From: a virus
Lineage: Duplodnaviria; Caudoviricetes
Length of the DNA: 64,000 bases
IMG/VR virus record: IMGVR_UViG_3300013121_000022
Location: 32,001-96,000 of that record
Strand: one strand, 5' to 3'
Of this stretch, positions 58,481-64,000 are shown piece by piece. The first letter of the stretch is position 1. Each line of letters begins with the position of its first letter. The position numbers and the translations under genes are program-made. The notes under the pieces are model-generated. The model saw nothing but the letters and a program-made list of their open reading frames with translations. It searched no databases and was not told the DNA's origin.

Positions 58481-59626
58481 ATGACTAAAAAACGTATTCT
58501 ATATTTTTCGGATTTGCGTCCAGTAAAAGACGGATATGCAGGCGGCTATTCCGTTATTACCGAAGGCATGTGCACTGCCCTATCTCGACTTGGACATGAT
58601 GTTAAGTGCGTGGCAATGTCATACAATGCTCAACAGCACAATTTACCGTTTTCGGTTATTCCAATGCTCGACCCGCGCTATTTATCGGTTCAACTGACTG
58701 ATATTATCGAAGGCTGGAATCCTGATGCCGTTGTAGTGGCTATGGATATTCCCTGGCAGTGCGATATTTTCCCATCTTTACGATCTCCTGTTAAGTATAT
58801 TGCCATTACGCCAGTTGAAGGAACTCCATTGCTCAAGAAATGGTCAGATGGCTTGTCGAGCATTGATCACATTTTTGTATTGTCTGAATTTGGCAAAAAA
58901 GTCTTGAAGGATGTTGGACTTCGATCTAAGGTCTTGCCTGTGTCTCACACAATGGGTAGCGTAATTGCTAAACCCGAACATGTTCAAGAGGTTAGGGAAA
59001 AAATCGGTATCAGTGACAAGTTTGCTATTGTCAAAATTGCAGATAATCATTCTCGAAAAAATTGGGCGCATACCATTGAGTTTTGGGTAAAGTGGACAGC
59101 GGACAAACCCAAGAACGTGCTATATGCAGTCACGCGAGATGCTGGCATTGGATGGGATTTGCCGGAGCTCATGGAAGAATTCGGTGCAATTCGTAAAACT
59201 GGAGTTAATATTTGGGAGTGGCCGGATGGTCGCGAAATTCGTATCCTAGAAAATATTGGAAGACAAGATTTATTGTGGGTTGAAAATTTTTGTGACGTTC
59301 TTTTGATGGATACAGGTAATGAAGGATTGGGTATGCCGATTTTGGACGCTTTTTCTGTTGGCCTACCAGTAATCGCCATGAATCACACATCCATGACTGA
59401 ACTCGTGTCACCCAATCGCGGCATTTTATTTGCTCCCGGGTATGAATATCGAGATGTATTTGGCAACGTCAAGCGTTATTACCCTGATTACGATTCATGG
59501 TCAGACGCAATGACTTTTGCTTACACTAATCGAGACAAGATGGATCAACTCGCCTTGAATGCTTATGAATGGTTACGTGGGCGAACATGGGAAAATGCCG
59601 CACAAATTTTGGCGGAGGAAATCTAA
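58481..59626 (+). CDS. GT-B (family 4-like) glycosyltransferase
   Basis: EGLGMPILDA..GLPVI..ELV. Confidence 0.85.
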   Translation: MTKKRILYFSDLRPVKDGYAGGYSVITEGMCTALSRLGHDVKCVAMSYNAQQHNLPFSVIPMLDPRYLSVQLTDIIEGWNPDAVVVAMDIPWQCDIFPSLRSPVKYIAITPVEGTPLLKKWSDGLSSIDHIFVLSEFGKKVLKDVGLRSKVLPVSHTMGSVIAKPEHVQEVREKIGISDKFAIVKIADNHSRKNWAHTIEFWVKWTADKPKNVLYAVTRDAGIGWDLPELMEEFGAIRKTGVNIWEWPDGREIRILENIGRQDLLWVENFCDVLLMDTGNEGLGMPILDAFSVGLPVIAMNHTSMTELVSPNRGILFAPGYEYRDVFGNVKRYYPDYDSWSDAMTFAYTNRDKMDQLALNAYEWLRGRTWENAAQILAEEI

Positions 59627-60438
59627 TGGCTATACAGCAAAAAAACTTAGTAGATATAATCGTTCCGGTCTATGGCGGATACGATCACTTAGAACGACTG
59701 ATTCCGGCTTTGGTTGACACACTGGCGAGTTTCAAAGATGACGTGAAAGTGTTTTTTGTTGATGATTGTACGCCGGAAGAACTAGGTCGCGATGCGATTG
59801 AAAAGCTGATCACGTCATCGATTTTGCCGCACTGGAAGTTTATCAAAGCTCCGGCCAATGGTGGATTTTCAGCAACCAACAATCTTGGGGCAAGTCACGG
59901 CAACGGTCAGTATATTTGTATGCTGAACTCTGATACCGTTCCTCATCCATTGTGGCTGGATCATTTGGTTGCGACACTGGATAAATACCCACAGGCAGGT
60001 GGAGTGGGATCGAAATTGTTGTTTCCAGCATGGTCAAAAGACCCAACTCGACCTGCTGGCAAAATTCAACATGCAGGCGTAGCTTTTAATGCGGCTCGAA
60101 TGCCCTACCATTTGTTTTTGGGATGGGACGCTGACAATCCAAGAGTCAATCGCCATTTAATGATGCAAGCGGTTACTGGAGCGTGTTTTTTGACTCGGCG
60201 CAGATTGTGGGATCAAATCGGCGGACTGGATATTGCTTATGGAATCGGCAACTTTGAAGACATCGATCTATGCTTACAGATTGGCGAACGCGGCTATGAT
60301 ATTGCCTACAACCCCGATTCCGTTTTATACCATTGGGGGAGTGGATCGAATAACACCGAATCGTCTGATCGTAATGCTATGATCTTTCTGTCGCGATGGG
60401 CAGATAAAGTAGTGTCGGACGACTGGAAATTCTGGTAA
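59626..60438 (+). CDS. Glycosyltransferase family 2
   Basis: DIIVPVY, VDD, NGGFS..NN.G, LNSD, AVTGAC, FEDIDLC. Confidence 0.9.
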   Translation: MAIQQKNLVDIIVPVYGGYDHLERLIPALVDTLASFKDDVKVFFVDDCTPEELGRDAIEKLITSSILPHWKFIKAPANGGFSATNNLGASHGNGQYICMLNSDTVPHPLWLDHLVATLDKYPQAGGVGSKLLFPAWSKDPTRPAGKIQHAGVAFNAARMPYHLFLGWDADNPRVNRHLMMQAVTGACFLTRRRLWDQIGGLDIAYGIGNFEDIDLCLQIGERGYDIAYNPDSVLYHWGSGSNNTESSDRNAMIFLSRWADKVVSDDWKFW

Positions 60439-60938
60439 TGATAAAATTTATACTTCCATTCATTATTTTGTTTTCGACATCTGTTGAAACCGTCAAGGCG
60501 AATGAACCGCATCCAGAAAAACTGGTGTTTGGCGATCATAGTTTTGTGGTGTACGATCTACCAGAAAATAGCCTCAACATTGGACGCAAACAAAATCAGG
60601 TTACTCTCCACTACAAAACTTTCGATGATGAGCCATTGTTGTTTATGGCTCATAATTTTTTGTCCGGCAAATGGTTTTATGAACTCGGTAACGATTCTCA
60701 AGTCGATGTTGTGTATGACGATGGATCGATTAGATCGTTCGTAATTGTCAAGGTTATTCGGTATCAAGTCAAAGGATCAAACTGGATCGATTTGGATACC
60801 GGAGAATCGTTCAACGAGTCTGTGGTGGCTGGCGAAATTAGATTTGGTAAACACGATATTGCATTGATGACTTGTATTCAGAAAGGCCGCAATCTGTCGT
60901 GGGGCAGAGCGTTTTGGATCGGCGCAGATCGTCCGTGA
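60438..60938 (+). CDS. Secreted sortase-like protein
   Basis: Signal peptide; AHN, LMTC and GR in the sortase His-Cys-Arg order. Confidence 0.55.
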   Translation: MIKFILPFIILFSTSVETVKANEPHPEKLVFGDHSFVVYDLPENSLNIGRKQNQVTLHYKTFDDEPLLFMAHNFLSGKWFYELGNDSQVDVVYDDGSIRSFVIVKVIRYQVKGSNWIDLDTGESFNESVVAGEIRFGKHDIALMTCIQKGRNLSWGRAFWIGADRP

Positions 60939-60968
60939 TAGAATCAGTTGGTTGATTCTAGGAGAACT

Positions 60969-61712
60969 ATGCCATATAACGTTAGTGCTATTAGGAATAA
61001 AAATTTTATAGTTGGTACTCCCTATAGTGGTTTGTTGGATTCCGTACCAAGCGCAGTCGCGGCTTACTCTGTGGGTAGAAAACTTCGTGCGGGTTATCTT
61101 GGCAATGCTTTGCAATTACGGGAAGACGCCGGAAATACCTTGATGGATTTCGGATTCAATGGAAGCGGAGCGGTGGACGATGCAGCTATTGCCGCATGGA
61201 AAACTAGCGTTGGAGCTAGTAATTTGTATGTGGCACGAGTGTACGATCAATCAGGCGGCGGATACGATTTTGTTCAAGCCGTTGATGGTGCACAGCCACT
61301 CTATAATACTCGCGAAGTAATTCTTGACGGCACAGATGACAAATTAACTGCTAGTTATTCCGGTGGTACAGCCAGTGCTTTTGCTTTAGTGGCAAAGTCT
61401 GGCGCAACGGGCGCACAATATGTATTTTCCGTTCCGCTTGATACTAACGCTATTATTCAAGGATTTACTTCTGGTAAATGGGAATGGTACGACACACCAA
61501 GAACGGTAATTGGTGATGTTAGTACATCTGTATATCAAACCATAAAATTTGGTGGTGCTTCTTTGACTAACGGAACGTGGAAAATAGGTCAAGCCGAATC
61601 TGGAGGAAGTCATTGGCCCGGACGTTGGAGTGAATTTATTGTATGGTTAACATTGTCAAATCCAAACTTGACAACGGTGGCCTCTAATCAAGCTGCATTT
61701 TATGGATACTAA
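60969..61712 (+). CDS. Concanavalin A/LamG-like virion protein
   Basis: AAYS..KLR.GY.G, VYDQSG, G..SEFIVW; N-terminal MPYNVSAIRNKNF. Confidence 0.6.
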   Translation: MPYNVSAIRNKNFIVGTPYSGLLDSVPSAVAAYSVGRKLRAGYLGNALQLREDAGNTLMDFGFNGSGAVDDAAIAAWKTSVGASNLYVARVYDQSGGGYDFVQAVDGAQPLYNTREVILDGTDDKLTASYSGGTASAFALVAKSGATGAQYVFSVPLDTNAIIQGFTSGKWEWYDTPRTVIGDVSTSVYQTIKFGGASLTNGTWKIGQAESGGSHWPGRWSEFIVWLTLSNPNLTTVASNQAAFYGY

Positions 61713-61748
61713 GCTCAGAATTCTTACTAGGTCAGTAGCACACTAATT

Positions 61749-62483
61749 ATGCCATACCCCGTCGCCAGTGTTAGAAATAAAAATTTCGGAATTTCTGCCA
61801 GTGCATTATTGACTAGCTTAGTTAGTTATTGGAAGATTGATGAAACCAGTGGTGTCAGAAATGACAGCTACGGAACTAATCACTTAACCGATAATAATAC
61901 CGTTACATATAACCCCGGAGTAGTTAGTAATGCTGGTCAGTTTACAGCGGCTAACAATGAAACTTTATCCATAGCAAACAATGCCACACTTAGTGTTCAG
62001 GGCTTGGATTTTACGATAAGCTTATGGACTTATTTGGATTCAATGCCCACCTTGAATAGCAATAGATACTTGATAGGAAAAAATGTTGGAAACACAGACT
62101 ATTCGATTTACTTAAATATGACTGCGGGTGGTACAGAACGATTTGCGTTTTTGATGGGAAACACTGCCAGTGGTAGTCCAACCCTTTTGGCAAACACATT
62201 TGGAACTCCATCTAATTCTGTGTGGTATCATGTTTTATGCGAATACAATACTTCAACCAAGAAGATGAAAATCATTATCAATAATACCTACAGCGATGAG
62301 GGTAATAACATAAACGGATCGACCACTGGTAGCGGAACTTTTAGAGTTGGCGGAGTTAGTGGGGGTGGATCGGTTTGGGATGGAAGAATTGATGAAATAG
62401 GATTCTGGAAAAGATTGTTGACTGATTCAGAAAAATCTGCCTTGTACAATAACGGAGCTGGATTGACCTATCCATTTAGTTGA
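61749..62483 (+). CDS. LamG-like jelly-roll virion protein
   Basis: LVSYWKIDE, FTISLW, WYHV, GRIDEIGFWKR.L...E...LYN; N-terminal MPYPVASVRNKNF. Confidence 0.8.
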   Translation: MPYPVASVRNKNFGISASALLTSLVSYWKIDETSGVRNDSYGTNHLTDNNTVTYNPGVVSNAGQFTAANNETLSIANNATLSVQGLDFTISLWTYLDSMPTLNSNRYLIGKNVGNTDYSIYLNMTAGGTERFAFLMGNTASGSPTLLANTFGTPSNSVWYHVLCEYNTSTKKMKIIINNTYSDEGNNINGSTTGSGTFRVGGVSGGGSVWDGRIDEIGFWKRLLTDSEKSALYNNGAGLTYPFS

Positions 62484-62917
62484 TTATGTCCTTACTTGAT
62501 CCCTTGTTCAATTTGATTGGTGTTGTTACGTGGCCTTTAGCTGGCCGGAAATACATTGACGATACACACAATATAGTGGTCGCGGATACCGCCCTTCTTC
62601 AAGACGAGTATTTTCAAAAGTACGGTAAATATTGGCAGGGCATTGAAACGCCAAGTATTCTGCCTTCTAATGGCGCAAAACAAAATTCCGATCTCAATCT
62701 CAAGCCCACAGATCAGGAACAAAGTTGGGATACTTTTTATAAACTTGATACTCAACTTCCATGCTCAGTACGCATTGATACTTATACCTGTTTGCAGGGG
62801 CATGGCTATACTGTCACAACTACCGCCAGTTATGGTGGAAAATTATTTCAGAAGTGCACGAATTTTGGATTTGAATCAGAACGAGAGTTTGACTGGATTG
62901 AAATCAAGACAGATTGA
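62480..62917 (+). CDS. Hypothetical protein
   Basis: Coupled ORF. Confidence 0.55.
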   Translation: MIMSLLDPLFNLIGVVTWPLAGRKYIDDTHNIVVADTALLQDEYFQKYGKYWQGIETPSILPSNGAKQNSDLNLKPTDQEQSWDTFYKLDTQLPCSVRIDTYTCLQGHGYTVTTTASYGGKLFQKCTNFGFESEREFDWIEIKTD

Positions 62918-62956
62918 TAACAAGTGGTAAAATACACCTAATCAATAACACCCTTA

Positions 62957-63003
62957 GCGGGTTGATCCAAAAAACGTATTGGATCAACCCGCTTTTTTTT
63001 TTT
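62957..63003 (+). terminator. Intrinsic terminator
   Basis: GCGGGTTGATCCAA..TTGGATCAACCCGC plus a long T run. Confidence 0.75.
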
Positions 63004-63014
63004 GGAGAATTAGT

Positions 63015-63470
63015 ATGCCTCTATTCACAGATTACGATCTGCAAACTGGCCTTAAACCCGCAGATTGGCCGAAAATTTTTGTTGGTTTGGTAAATGCTTT
63101 ATTGAGTCCATCGGGAAGCAACACAAGTGCAATCAACACTCGCGATGGTGGGCCTCAACAAACTCTGACTCGCACATACACAACATCTTCTGATATGACT
63201 ACTGCGGCGGCTATTTCTGCCGCTCCCGAAGCAGGCAAAAAAGTTGTGGCAATGGATATTGTAATCAGCACAGATACCGCCATGAACTTTATCGTTCAAA
63301 TGGAAACATCGACAAACGGCTTATTGAAAGTGTTTTTGCCTGCCAATGGAGCTGTTCAAATTACGTTGCGCGGTTATCTCAAGGGCGATGCCGCCGACAA
63401 ACGACTGTTTGGAAAAGCAAGTGTTGCCGGAAACGTAGCTATTACAGTTGTTCAATTTAGCGAAGCGTAA
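63015..63470 (+). CDS. Hypothetical (probably structural) protein
   Basis: GGAG RBS; beta-rich; coupled to the connector gene. Confidence 0.55.
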   Translation: MPLFTDYDLQTGLKPADWPKIFVGLVNALLSPSGSNTSAINTRDGGPQQTLTRTYTTSSDMTTAAAISAAPEAGKKVVAMDIVISTDTAMNFIVQMETSTNGLLKVFLPANGAVQITLRGYLKGDAADKRLFGKASVAGNVAITVVQFSEA

Positions 63471-64000
63471 TGACAAATTTATGTACACTCGCAGAAGTGC
63501 GAGACACACTTCAACTAACAGACTCGGAAACCGATCAAGACGCTTTGATTACGCGTCTAATTGGATCGGTGACTGATTTCATTTCCAAGCGAACCCGTCG
63601 CGTATTTGGAACGGGTGTTGAAACTCGTCTATTTGATGGTAATGACAAAGGCTATTTGATCTTAGACGACTATCAAGAAATCACATCTGTTCGACTATTG
63701 AACTTGGATAATACTGCGTGGAAAACATTCAATGTGTCCACAGAGTTGAAGTCTTATCCGCTGAACACAAGTCCAAAGACAAAACTGCAAATCGTAAACG
63801 TTACTAGCGAAAATCCGTATCGCGTCATTGGTCGTTCGCCATTTATTTTTCCTAAAGGCTATGGCAATGTTGAGGTTGTTGCAAATTGGGGAAGTTGGGC
63901 AACTCCGCCAAGTTCGCTTACGGAATTGGCGATTAATATGGTTGTATCCAAAACACAAAAAGCCAAAGTTCGCGGAATAAAATCTGTGTCTATCGGCGGC
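63470..64000 (+). CDS. Head-tail connector protein (runs off the window end)
   Basis: My own translation: MTNLCTLAEVRD.L..D.LITRLI..TR.FDG..FPKGYGNVEV..WG..PP..L..A; absent from the ORF track because it has no stop in the window. Confidence 0.75.
   Translation, partial: MTNLCTLAEVRDTLQLTDSETDQDALITRLIGSVTDFISKRTRRVFGTGVETRLFDGNDKGYLILDDYQEITSVRLLNLDNTAWKTFNVSTELKSYPLNTSPKTKLQIVNVTSENPYRVIGRSPFIFPKGYGNVEVVANWGSWATPPSSLTELAINMVVSKTQKAKVRGIKSVSIGG

Noticed and set aside
1-64000. Stop-codon reassignment or prophage integration module
   Set aside because: Core genes are intact in the standard code with all three stop codons used, and no integrase or att-like site is recognisable in this window.

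Overview
The window is a 64-kb segment of a large tailed dsDNA phage. No integrase or CRISPR array is visible. The host may be Chloroflexi/Anaerolineae, judged only from a sortase-like gene and apparent leaderless starts. Head genes are on the + strand: terminase, portal, ChaB-XkdF protease, scaffold, capsid, and a head-tail connector at the right edge. They are interleaved with cargo-like effector genes (GNAT, HD, ADP-ribosyltransferase, endonuclease) that share a repeated K-H-x-x-G-x-H-D-Q-x-x-H tag. A - strand block encodes repair and replication functions: UvrD, RtcB, WGR-ligase, PARP plus macrodomain, Cas4-like nuclease, RuvC, primase, DnaB and an initiator with iterons. It also carries a Ro/TROVE-vWA + ThiF(E1) + putative E2 + ubiquitin-like module next to a separately transcribed array of three tRNA-mimic RNAs that share a permuted helix. 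The right arm encodes a SNF2 helicase, DNA methyltransferases, a TAGT-like and other glycosyltransferases, a sortase-like protein and lectin-fold proteins. A 14-mer GATCGGCGCAGATC recurs across the window independently of reading frame. All family assignments come from motif recognition by eye; no database search was run.
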